From a virus, in IMG/VR virus record IMGVR_UViG_3300017605_000880, positions 8,978-72,977 of that record: a stretch of DNA of 64,000 nt; one strand, given 5' to 3'. Below are positions 9,618-18,320 of the stretch, piece after piece. Every line of letters starts with the position of its first letter. The first letter of the stretch is position 1. A program made the translations under genes and the position numbers. The notes below the pieces were generated by a model, which was given only the letters and a program-made list of their open reading frames with translations, ran no database searches and was not told the origin of the DNA.

Positions 9618-9831
9618 ACCGCGACACCAATGTCCCGGGTTGTGCGGCAACACCGTCCCGAAGCATCTGCTGGCCTGCGGGCCGTGCTGGTGGCGTCTAC
9701 CGGCGCAGTTGAAGCGGGCGGTCGGTCGGGCTTACCACCGCCGGGAGCACGATCCGATCGGGCACCAGGAGGCGGTCGCGGCAGCAGCAGACTGGTACCG
9801 GCAGCAGAAGGAGGGGACAGCGAATGGGTGA
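9610..9831 (+). CDS. small Zn-finger protein
   Basis: HQCPGLC...ACGPCWWRLP. Confidence 0.65.
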   Translation: MVEPRHQCPGLCGNTVPKHLLACGPCWWRLPAQLKRAVGRAYHRREHDPIGHQEAVAAAADWYRQQKEGTANG

Positions 9832-10597
9832 GGCTGAGGTCGATCTGGAGAAGGTAGAGGGCCGTCGGGCGCGGGCAGCTGCCTGGATGAACAACCAGGA
9901 CCCGCCGGAGGGTGCGGGGGAACGTGCGGCGTGGCTGGTGATCACTGGGGATGTCCCGGCGTTGATCGCCGAACTGGAGCAGATCCGGTACGCCCGGGAC
10001 CAGCGGGTCGCGGAGGCCGAGCGGCTCGGCGAGAAAGCCAACGAACTGGTCCAGCGGGCGACCTTCGAACGGGAACGGGCCAACGAAGCCGCCCGGTTGA
10101 GCGCCGAAGCCCGCGACCAGGCCGACGACCTGCGCACGGAGATCGGGACGCTCCGTGAACAGATCGAGATCCTCGAGCAGGACCGGCTGGAACGGGACGC
10201 GTGGGCTGTCAACCTGTGCACCGAACTGGACCTATACAAACACCCGTACGAGGTGGCCAACGAGTTCGGCGCGATCGCGGCCCGGTTGCGCGGGTGCGAG
10301 CGGATGGCGGCGGAACATCACGCGGAGTTCAAACAGTTCGAACGGTTACGCGACGAGGCGATCGCCGAAGCGGAGGAGGTGATCCGGATCCTGCGCGAGG
10401 ACCTACAACGGCACAGCGACGCCCGGATCACCGATACCCACGCCCGGATGCACGCCGAGCAAGTCCAGTTCACCCACTCCATGCTCGCCTACCCCCACCT
10501 GTTCCTGTGGCACGCCCTGTTCGACGGGACCCCGCTGTGCCGGTGCTGGCACAGCCGCGAGATGAGAGGCGACCGCCGTGCGCTGGATGGTGGATGA
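9824..10597 (+). CDS. coiled-coil hypothetical protein
   Basis: GDVPALIAELE motif followed by long coiled coil. Confidence 0.6.
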   Translation: MGEAEVDLEKVEGRRARAAAWMNNQDPPEGAGERAAWLVITGDVPALIAELEQIRYARDQRVAEAERLGEKANELVQRATFERERANEAARLSAEARDQADDLRTEIGTLREQIEILEQDRLERDAWAVNLCTELDLYKHPYEVANEFGAIAARLRGCERMAAEHHAEFKQFERLRDEAIAEAEEVIRILREDLQRHSDARITDTHARMHAEQVQFTHSMLAYPHLFLWHALFDGTPLCRCWHSREMRGDRRALDGG

Positions 10598-10654
10598 ATC
10601 GAACCTATCCCCCCGCCCCATCCGGCACCACCGAACCGATCGAGACCGAGGAGC

Positions 10655-11350
10655 ATGGCAATGGCTGACCTGCCCGATGAGGTGTACCTCAAGGCCGCCC
10701 GCTGGTACGACCACGCGATCAACGCCGCGCTGCGCAACCCGCCCGGGGTGGTCCTCGGGCCGGAGAACCAGCAGAGGCTGGTCGAGATGCCGCATTTCCG
10801 GGCGGCGGTCGAATCCGCCTACGGGGATGGGCACCGGGCCAGTCTCGAGCCCCAACCGGACAACCCGCTGTACCAGGATCTGCGGCAGGCGTTGAACCGC
10901 AACAGCGCCGAGAACGGCAGCAACACCCCCGACTACGTCCTGGCCGATTTCCTGATGCAATCCCTGCGCACGTTCGACTACGCCGTACGGTACCGGGCGT
11001 CCGCGACCCAGCTGTGGGACGGACGGATGGACCCCGGGTCGACCCTGTTCAAGCAGCAGTCCAACCCCGATGACCTGGCCCCGGCCGTCCCGGGGCTCCA
11101 GACGCTGCTCGAGCAGCACACCAAGGCGATGGAGGAGCTGCTGCTGAGGGCAGTGTGCGCGGTGTGCGGCGACCCTGCGGTCGCGCTGTGGCAGGTCAAG
11201 CCGGCGCAATTCTCGGTGCACCGGGATGTGGAGGATAATCCGACGATGAAGATCCTGGAGGAGGTTCGCCCGTTGTGCGCCGCCCACCACCCGGACGCAC
11301 CGGAGCCGGCCGTCCCGTCCGACCCGTACCTGTGGGAGTCGGGGACGTGA
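10655..11350 (+). CDS. hypothetical phage protein
   Basis: Contains LNRNSAENGSNTPDYVLADFL, a motif recurrent in phage proteins; CAVC. Confidence 0.6.
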   Translation: MAMADLPDEVYLKAARWYDHAINAALRNPPGVVLGPENQQRLVEMPHFRAAVESAYGDGHRASLEPQPDNPLYQDLRQALNRNSAENGSNTPDYVLADFLMQSLRTFDYAVRYRASATQLWDGRMDPGSTLFKQQSNPDDLAPAVPGLQTLLEQHTKAMEELLLRAVCAVCGDPAVALWQVKPAQFSVHRDVEDNPTMKILEEVRPLCAAHHPDAPEPAVPSDPYLWESGT

Positions 11351-11620
11351 TCCTGTCCTGGGTCTTGGAGGCCGCCCTGGTCGTCGCCTCTGCCTGCCTG
11401 GGCGGGTTGATCCGCACCTGGTGGTACGAGAACATGGAGGGACACGAGTGAGAATCCCCGAGGGTGTGTACGTCGAAGCCAACCGGGCCCGCAACAGCGA
11501 AGTGCACGGGCTGAACAGCGGCGGGCTGGAACGTCTGATCGTCATCGGCGCCCGGGAGCGCGGATTCCGCGCCGCAGTCGCCGCCGCCTACCGCGCCGGC
11601 CAAGCCAGTACAATGGGTGG

Positions 11621-12541
11621 ATGCACCCACACGTGTGGAACCCCCGGCTGCACCCCCGCGATCGGATCGGCCAGTTCACCGACACCCCCGGCAGCGGATC
11701 GTGGCTCTCCCGGGCTGCCGAGCAGGCCCGGCGCGGGTTCACCGACGCCGAGCTTGCCCAACGCGAGCAGGACGTCAACGACCTGATCGCCGGGAGCCGT
11801 CATCTGGACACCCATCGGGTGCACAAACCGAACGGGCGGTGGTCCGACGAGCGGGCCGCCGCCCACCGGGAGATCCTGGACAGGGTGTGGGCGGAGAAGG
11901 CCACCCGGGTGCCGAACCAACACCGCGCGGTGATGACCGGCGGGTTGATGGGCGCTGGGAAGACCACCGTCCTGGCCGGACACCCGGAGATTGACATGTC
12001 CGACTACCTGATGGTGTCGGCCGACGATATGAAAGAGGAGATCATCCGCCACGGTCTGGTCCCGCAGATCCCGGGCGCGGAGCACCTGTCGCCGATGGAG
12101 CTGTCGGCGATGTACCACGTCGAATCGGCCTACTTGGCGGATGCACTGGCAGAGCGGGCGTACGCCGAGGGGAAGAACGTGATCCTCGACGCGTCGATGG
12201 GCGACCGGACTGCGCCTGCAGCGCGGCTGGCTCGGCTGCGCGATATGGGCTACCAGGTCCGGGGGGTGTTCGTCGACATCCCGGTCGAGACGAGCCTGGA
12301 GCGGGCGTCGGCCCGGTACCGCTCGGGGATGCAGCAGTGGGGCAGCGGGGCGGGTCCCGGCGGGCGGACGATCCCTCCGGCGTTGATCGAGGGGCAACGC
12401 GGCCCGGGTGGAATGACCAAGAACCGGGTCGTGTTCGACCAGCTGCGCGAGGAGGGTCTGTTCGGGGCGGGGTGGGAGGTGCACGACAACACCGGGTCGG
12501 CGCCGGTCCTACTGAAACGCGGAGGGGGAATACAGACGTGA
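11621..12541 (+). CDS. zeta-toxin (PezT)-like P-loop kinase with N-terminal HPR leader
   Basis: WNPRLHPRDRIGQF leader; GGLMGAGKTT, SADDMK, NVILDASM, RASAR...GGRTIP. Confidence 0.8.
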   Translation: MHPHVWNPRLHPRDRIGQFTDTPGSGSWLSRAAEQARRGFTDAELAQREQDVNDLIAGSRHLDTHRVHKPNGRWSDERAAAHREILDRVWAEKATRVPNQHRAVMTGGLMGAGKTTVLAGHPEIDMSDYLMVSADDMKEEIIRHGLVPQIPGAEHLSPMELSAMYHVESAYLADALAERAYAEGKNVILDASMGDRTAPAARLARLRDMGYQVRGVFVDIPVETSLERASARYRSGMQQWGSGAGPGGRTIPPALIEGQRGPGGMTKNRVVFDQLREEGLFGAGWEVHDNTGSAPVLLKRGGGIQT

Positions 12542-12574
12542 CACGGGGTGTTGCACTTAGAGAAGGAGTGTCGC

Positions 12575-12841
12575 ATGGGCAGCAGCAGGACGGTGCAGCA
12601 ACTGGTCGAGGACCTCGCATCTGGCAGGATCAACCTGGACCTGGCGGTGAGGGATTTTGGGACCCGCCGCTGGCCCGGCCCCGCCCCCGAGACCGCGCAG
12701 CAACGCCACGGGGTGCACGACGCGGACCTGCCCGACCCGAACAGTATCGATTGGGTGCAGATGCACCCCGGGCTGTCGGAGCAGCAACGCCGCGCGCTGC
12801 TGCGCGTGTACGACCAACGCACGTCCCGCTCTGGGCGCTGA
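12575..12841 (+). CDS. small protein, candidate partner/antitoxin of the zeta-like kinase
   Basis: Directly downstream; RBS AAGGAG. Confidence 0.55.
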   Translation: MGSSRTVQQLVEDLASGRINLDLAVRDFGTRRWPGPAPETAQQRHGVHDADLPDPNSIDWVQMHPGLSEQQRRALLRVYDQRTSRSGR

Positions 12842-13003
12842 TCGCGGTCCGCGAGCTGTGCTTCGCGGTGATGGTCGCCTCGTGCGGGTGGCTGGCGGTG
12901 TACGCGGTTTGGCCGTGGTCCCCGTTGCCGGCGCTGTTGGTGTTGTGGCTGGGGTCGCAGCTGGTGCCGTGGTTCCGCCAGCTGTCCCACCCCCGCCCCC
13001 GAG

Positions 13004-13033
13004 TTGCACACCGGGTGTCACCTGTGGTACAAT
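13004..13033 (+). promoter_or_regulatory. SigA-type promoter with operator half-site
   Basis: TTGCAC-18-TACAAT with extended TG; near-identical copy at 13537-13566. Confidence 0.75.
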
Positions 13034-13069
13034 AGTGGGGCAAGGGACAACTACAGAGAGGACCCTGCG

Positions 13070-13456
13070 ATGAATGACAGCATCACCACCGCGACCGACG
13101 CGGAGGACGAGGCCACCATCGCCCAGGCCCACCAGGACCTGAGTGAGACCCTCGCCGCCGAGGACGCGGACTGGGACGCCAGGCAGGCCGCCCCCGACGC
13201 CACCTCGCCCGAGTACCGGGCAGGCTGGGCCACCGAGGACGCCCGCCAGCGGGGCGAGGACGGCGCCGCCGCCCCCGCCGACGAGATGAGCGCCTTCACC
13301 GGCCGGCTCGCCGACTGGCTGCGCAGCCAGCCCGACGTCGCTGAGGTGGACGTGGTCGCCGACGGCGGCAACGACAGCCAGGCTCTCAGCACGATCCTCG
13401 GGTTCAGCCTCGCCGGTGTCGGCGGGGTCAGCCTGGGGATGAACCCCACCCCGTGA
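13070..13456 (+). CDS. acidic hypothetical protein
   Basis: RBS GAGAGG; own promoter and terminator. Confidence 0.65.
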   Translation: MNDSITTATDAEDEATIAQAHQDLSETLAAEDADWDARQAAPDATSPEYRAGWATEDARQRGEDGAAAPADEMSAFTGRLADWLRSQPDVAEVDVVADGGNDSQALSTILGFSLAGVGGVSLGMNPTP

Positions 13457-13478
13457 CCTTGTTCCCTCTCTGATGGGC

Positions 13479-13513
13479 CCGGCCCCCCGGCGCGACGACG
13501 CCCGGGGGGCCGG
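13479..13513 (+). terminator. GC-rich hairpin terminator
   Basis: ccggccccccgg...ccggggggccgg. Confidence 0.6.
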
Positions 13514-13536
13514 TGCTTGTCCGGGGCCACGCGCGG

Positions 13537-13566
13537 TTGCACCGAGGGTGTCACCTGTGGTACAAT
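13537..13566 (+). promoter_or_regulatory. SigA-type promoter with operator half-site
   Basis: TTGCAC-cgagg-GTGTCA-cctgtgg-TACAAT. Confidence 0.75.
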
Positions 13567-13625
13567 GGAGGTGTCCGGCCGGACGTCGGCCGGGCGGGTT
13601 GACAACTCCAGAGAGGGAGAACAGG

Positions 13626-14045
13626 ATGTCGGAGACAGTGGCACAGGGCGTCACCGAACAGGGCCGCGACTGGAAGATCATCCAGGGCGTCAAGCCGGAA
13701 AACGGAGGCTACCGCGACCACGTCTGGCAGGAGTTCGCCGGGCTGGCCATCGAGATGGGCGGCTACAGCGACCTGACTGCCATCGACCCCTACAGCGGGC
13801 GCAGGCTCTGGCTGTCCAGCGCGTTCAAGTGCGACACGCACACGGCGATGCTGAGCGCGGCCAAGCCGGGCGAGGAGGCCATCGAGGTCTACCGGTTGTC
13901 GCACGAGTGCGGCGACTGCGGCGACTCGGTCTTCGCAGCGCTCCGGCGGCTGGTGGACGCGATGGAGGCCATCGGGTTCCCGGAGGGATTCCGGGACGAG
14001 GCCCAGGCTGCCGGGGTCGTCGTCCCCACGGCCCACGACCGCTGA
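13626..14045 (+). CDS. hypothetical protein
   Basis: RBS GAGGGAG; followed by hairpin 14057-14087. Confidence 0.65.
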   Translation: MSETVAQGVTEQGRDWKIIQGVKPENGGYRDHVWQEFAGLAIEMGGYSDLTAIDPYSGRRLWLSSAFKCDTHTAMLSAAKPGEEAIEVYRLSHECGDCGDSVFAALRRLVDAMEAIGFPEGFRDEAQAAGVVVPTAHDR

Positions 14046-14286
14046 CCAACCCAACACGACGCCCCCCGGCAACCCCGGGGGGCGTCGCCTTATACCTTGC
14101 CGACGTGCTCGATCAACACCGCGATCACAAACGAGCAGAACCCGCCCCAACCGAACCGCTCCGGGATGATCCCAAACGCGGCCAGCCCCGACAGGACCGC
14201 CGCCAACAGCAGGAACAGCAAAACCAACACGGTTGCCATACCGGGTGTTTACCCGCCGCGACCCTCGAGCATGCTACGCTCCCCAG

Positions 14287-14562
14287 ATGACTGACAACGT
14301 GACACAGCCCGCGCGGCCCGCCCGGCACTTCTCGGTCGAGGAGAAACTGCGCTGGCTCGAACCCAACCCGAACCTGCCGCCGCACCTGCACGTGATCGCC
14401 GCGCAGTTCCAGGCCCTGGCCATGGCGTTGCTGCGGCAGGTCGAGGACAGCCCGCAGCTGACCCTCGCGTTGCAGCACCTGATCGACGCCAAAGACTGCG
14501 CCGTCCGAGCGAAGATCGCCGAACAGCCGCACGTGCTACCCTCGGACCTGGGGTCGCGATGA
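14287..14562 (+). CDS. small helical-hairpin protein, Acb2/Tad1-like fold candidate
   Basis: NLPPHLHVIAAQF...SPQLTLALQHLIDAKDCAVRA. Confidence 0.55.
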   Translation: MTDNVTQPARPARHFSVEEKLRWLEPNPNLPPHLHVIAAQFQALAMALLRQVEDSPQLTLALQHLIDAKDCAVRAKIAEQPHVLPSDLGSR

Positions 14563-14584
14563 CCCCTGGATAGGGAGAGTCGAG

Positions 14585-15115
14585 ATGACCAAACCCGCCG
14601 AAGGTAAACGGCTAAGCGGCAACCCCGTCGGGATCCGGGTCAGTCCCAACAAGGACAGCCTCATCGCCCGCCGGATCCGCGCCGTCGAACTGCGCGTCCA
14701 AGGCATGACCCTCAACGAGGTCTCCAAAGCCACCGGCGTCAACCCCCGGACCGTCCGGATCGACATCGACACGGTGTTGCGTGAGCGGGACGCCGCGACC
14801 ATCCCGCTGCTGCGCGCGTTGGAAGAGGAACGGCTGGATCTGGCCGTCCGGACCGCTGCGAAGATCATCGAAGACCACCCCGGGACTGAACTGGCGTTGA
14901 AAGCCGTCGACCGGCTGATCCGGGCGTCGGCCCGCCGCGCCGGGCTGCTCGGGTTGGACGCCCCGGTCGAGTTGAACATCCGCAGCACCGAGGTGACCCA
15001 GGCGGATCTGGAGTTGGAGGAGCTGATCCGGGAGGCGCAGACCCGCAACGCGACCACCCTCGAGCAGCTGTTAGCGCAGGCAACCGGCGATGACCCAAAC
15101 CCTGCCGCAGCTTGA
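14585..15115 (+). CDS. terS: terminase small subunit (HTH)
   Basis: RAVELRVQGMTLNEVSKATGV HTH; RRAGLLGLDAP; immediately upstream of TerL. Confidence 0.7.
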   Translation: MTKPAEGKRLSGNPVGIRVSPNKDSLIARRIRAVELRVQGMTLNEVSKATGVNPRTVRIDIDTVLRERDAATIPLLRALEEERLDLAVRTAAKIIEDHPGTELALKAVDRLIRASARRAGLLGLDAPVELNIRSTEVTQADLELEELIREAQTRNATTLEQLLAQATGDDPNPAAA

Positions 15116-16703
15116 GCTTGACGCCCCCCCGTCGCCCTGGATCACCGACCCGTACCACTCTGAGGTCAACGCCGAGAACTTCGACCTGTACGGGTATCTG
15201 GCCCAGTTCGACCCCCGGCTGTTCACCCACAGCCGAGGCAGGCGTGAGATCACCCGGTACGACCCGATCCTGTTCGCGATCGTCTACTTCCCGCACCACA
15301 TCCGCACCGACGGGAGGATCTCGTTCGCCGACCCGCACTTCCAGTGGGCCGGCGCCGCCCGCCGGTGGGTCGTCCCTGCCGGGTTGAAACAAGACCGGCA
15401 CGCCTACGTCGCCCCCCGCGACACCGGCAAGTCGACGTGGTGGTTCCTGCTGCTGCCGATGTGGGCCGCCGCGCACGGACACATCAAGTTCGCTGCCGCG
15501 TTCGCCCACTCCGGCACCCAATCCGAAACCCACCTGCACGCGTTCCGGTCGGAGCTGGCCGAGAACCAACGGCTGCGGCAGGACTACCCCGACCTGTGCA
15601 CCCCCGCCCGGAAGCCGAACGGGAAGACCACCGCCGACAACATCCAGATGCTGCGGACCCGGGGCGGGTTTGCGTTCGCCGCCCGTGGGGTTGATGCGGC
15701 GAACCTCGGGCTGAAGGAGAAAGACACCCGCCCCGATCTGATCCTACTGGACGACGTCGAACCGGACGAGGCGAGTTACAGCCAGTACCAGATGGAGAAA
15801 CGACGCGGGACCATCATCGAGGCGATCCTGCCGATGAACCTCCGCGCCCATGTCGTCCTGGTCGGTACCGTCACCATGCCCGGCAGTATCGTCCACCAGC
15901 TGGTCGCAGTCGCCCGGGGTGACACCGAGGTCGAAGGCTGGGTTGGGGAGGAGAACTTCGCTCCGCACCACGCCCTGCCGATCTGCCTACGTGATGACGG
16001 GACCGAACGCAGTATCTGGCCCGCGAAGTGGCCGCTCGAGTTCCTGCAGTCGATCCGCCGGACCCGGTCCTACCTGAAGAACTTCGCCAACGACCCGATG
16101 GGCACCGAAGGCGGGTATTGGACGGTGGACGATTTCACCTACGGCGAGCTGGGCAACCCGACCCGCTGGTTCCTCGCGTTGGACCCGACGATCACCACGA
16201 AAACCCGATCCGACCCGGCCGGGGTGGCGGTCGTCTCCTACGCCCCCGGCTATGTGATCCCGTCCGAGGACCGGCGCAGGTTGCCAGTCAAGGTGCCGAG
16301 CCGGTGTTTGGTGGAGTTCGCGGCGGAGGTGAAGCTGGTCGGGGAGGGTCTGCGGCGGTACCTGTTGAAGGTCCTGCAGCGGTTCCCGAGGGTCAAGGCG
16401 ATCATCGTCGAAGGCAACCAGGGCGGGGAGAACTGGCACGCGATCCTGCACGATATGCCGGTCCGGGTGATTGTGGTGTGGTCGGAGGAGAAGAAGGAGG
16501 TCCGGGCGGCGAACCTGCTGGAGCTGTACCAACACAACCCGCCGAGGGTCCTGCACCCCGAACCTGGGGCGGTGGTTGCGTTGGAGCAGCAGATGGCGTC
16601 GTTCCCCCGGGGCAAAGACGACATGGTGGACGCGGTCGGGTCGGTCTGTCTGCGTGTCCTGGGGAAGCCGGCGAAGAAAGGCCAGACGTTCTTCCCGGTC
16701 TGA
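15090..16703 (+). CDS. terL: terminase large subunit
   Basis: Walker A APRDTGKST, Walker B LILLDDVE, VGT motif, nuclease ALDP, EGNQGG, DDMVDA. Confidence 0.92.
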   Translation: MTQTLPQLELDAPPSPWITDPYHSEVNAENFDLYGYLAQFDPRLFTHSRGRREITRYDPILFAIVYFPHHIRTDGRISFADPHFQWAGAARRWVVPAGLKQDRHAYVAPRDTGKSTWWFLLLPMWAAAHGHIKFAAAFAHSGTQSETHLHAFRSELAENQRLRQDYPDLCTPARKPNGKTTADNIQMLRTRGGFAFAARGVDAANLGLKEKDTRPDLILLDDVEPDEASYSQYQMEKRRGTIIEAILPMNLRAHVVLVGTVTMPGSIVHQLVAVARGDTEVEGWVGEENFAPHHALPICLRDDGTERSIWPAKWPLEFLQSIRRTRSYLKNFANDPMGTEGGYWTVDDFTYGELGNPTRWFLALDPTITTKTRSDPAGVAVVSYAPGYVIPSEDRRRLPVKVPSRCLVEFAAEVKLVGEGLRRYLLKVLQRFPRVKAIIVEGNQGGENWHAILHDMPVRVIVVWSEEKKEVRAANLLELYQHNPPRVLHPEPGAVVALEQQMASFPRGKDDMVDAVGSVCLRVLGKPAKKGQTFFPV

Positions 16704-16715
16704 TACCCTCGACAG

Positions 16716-17276
16716 GTGGATTGGGACCCGGCGAAACACCCGCGCGACCCGGACGACGGGCGGTTCACAGACAGTTGGGTCGGGGCGGCGTTGCGTCGGA
16801 TGCGGTTGCCCAGCTGGATCGAGAAGGTCACCCCGCAGCAAGCCGAGGCCATCCGCGCTGACCTTGCGGGGGAGGACAAGGCCAGGCGGTACATGCGGCT
16901 GGCGTTGACCGACACCGGCCACGGCGGGCAGTACGACGCCGTGACCCATGTGGCCCGTGATGAGCGTGGGCAGGTGGTCGCGGCGGTGTCGACCCGGGCC
17001 TACCAACAGTGGACGGAAGAGTCTGACAGCTTGGTCCCGCTGACCGGGATTGAGTATCTCGGGTCGGTCGCCCCGGGTGGTGGGACTGCGCTGGTGCGCA
17101 ACACCGTCTTGCGGGCCTGGGAAGCCGGCCACGCCGGTGTCTACCTGGAACCGGGGGAAGGTTCGCTGGGGTTTTGGGAGAAGCTGGGGTTCGTACCTGA
17201 CCCGCTCGAGTTCGGAACCGACGCCCATTACGGGTTGACTGCCGACCAGTTCGAGCAGTGGCTTGCCGAGCACTGA
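16716..17276 (+). CDS. GNAT acetyltransferase with HPR leader
   Basis: WDPAKHPRDPDDGRF; IEYLGSVAPGGGTALV...SLGFWEKLGF. Confidence 0.75.
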   Translation: MDWDPAKHPRDPDDGRFTDSWVGAALRRMRLPSWIEKVTPQQAEAIRADLAGEDKARRYMRLALTDTGHGGQYDAVTHVARDERGQVVAAVSTRAYQQWTEESDSLVPLTGIEYLGSVAPGGGTALVRNTVLRAWEAGHAGVYLEPGEGSLGFWEKLGFVPDPLEFGTDAHYGLTADQFEQWLAEH

Positions 17277-17287
17277 GGAGCTGCACC

Positions 17288-18121
17288 TTGGATTGGGACC
17301 CGGCACGGCACCCCCGATGGCCCGCCGACGCGCCCGAACACCGGGGCGGGCAGTTCGCCGACAGCCCCCTCGCGAACGAGTACCGGGCGTTCCAAGCCGC
17401 CGGGCAGGTCTGGCTGCGCAGCCTTTCCCGACGGGCACACCCGAAAGGCCGTTGGAAACCCGGCCGGTGGGCCATGGTCGACCCGCAGGCGTACCACAAA
17501 GAACAGCTGGCGCACATCCGCGACTCGTTCCTGCAGAACGGTGTGCACCCGCACCAGGCCCGGCAGATCACCCAGGAGATCGCCGACAGCACCACCCCGC
17601 CAGCAGTGGTCCTGCAGAACGGACCACACCGGTTGGTGTTCCAAGCCGAACACAGCGACTACGGCGCGGTTACGGAGATGTTCGACCGGCTGCACCACGC
17701 CGCGCCGGTCTCCACCCCGGCCCGGCTGCTGTTCGCCCGCGACATCCCCGACCGGCACCACGGGACCACGTTGATGCCGTCCGCGACGGCGATGTTCGAC
17801 ATGAAGATCTTCCAACCGCCCAGCCAGACTGACGTCGAAACCTCGATGCCGTCAGCCGGGCGGGTCCCGTGGTGGCAGTATGTGATGGCCCACGAGTGGG
17901 GCCACGTCGTCGGCGGCGATAACCGGCAGTTGGACCCGCCGATGCCGATGATGCAAGGACTGTCCGCCTACGTGTACCGGACGGATTGGGCGGACGAGGC
18001 CGAGCGGCGGCGGGAAGCCTACGCCGAGGCGTTCGCGGAGTGGTTCTTCGCCGACGGGCACCCCTCGATCGAGGCGGTCCGGGAGGCGGCGTTGGCGTTC
18101 AGATGGGAGTTCCCGGGATGA
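17288..18121 (+). CDS. zincin metallopeptidase with HPR leader
   Basis: TTG after GAGGAG; WDPARHPRWP...GGQF; HEWGH...SAY...EAYAEAF. Confidence 0.75.
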   Translation: MDWDPARHPRWPADAPEHRGGQFADSPLANEYRAFQAAGQVWLRSLSRRAHPKGRWKPGRWAMVDPQAYHKEQLAHIRDSFLQNGVHPHQARQITQEIADSTTPPAVVLQNGPHRLVFQAEHSDYGAVTEMFDRLHHAAPVSTPARLLFARDIPDRHHGTTLMPSATAMFDMKIFQPPSQTDVETSMPSAGRVPWWQYVMAHEWGHVVGGDNRQLDPPMPMMQGLSAYVYRTDWADEAERRREAYAEAFAEWFFADGHPSIEAVREAALAFRWEFPG

Positions 18122-18270
18122 GCGAACCGATCCTGGTGACGGACAGGTTCGCCGACGGCGGCGGATCGACCCCGATCACCGAACTGGACGAACCGACCTT
18201 GTACCGGCTGGCGGTGGCCGGGTCGGATGAGGCGGTCGAGGAGATCGCACGTCGCGCGAACAGCGACTAA
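18118..18270 (+). CDS. small acidic partner protein
   Basis: ATGA-coupled to the zincin gene; 50 aa. Confidence 0.5.
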   Translation: MSEPILVTDRFADGGGSTPITELDEPTLYRLAVAGSDEAVEEIARRANSD

Positions 18271-18320
18271 CCCCGGGCTTCCTGGTATCCTGGTCGTAAC
18301 CGACAGAGAGGGGGCCGGCG

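Noticed and set aside
10580-10632. tRNA-like GGTTCGATTC (minus strand) and ...GGCACCA
   Set aside because: T-stem flanks do not pair and no cloverleaf can be built
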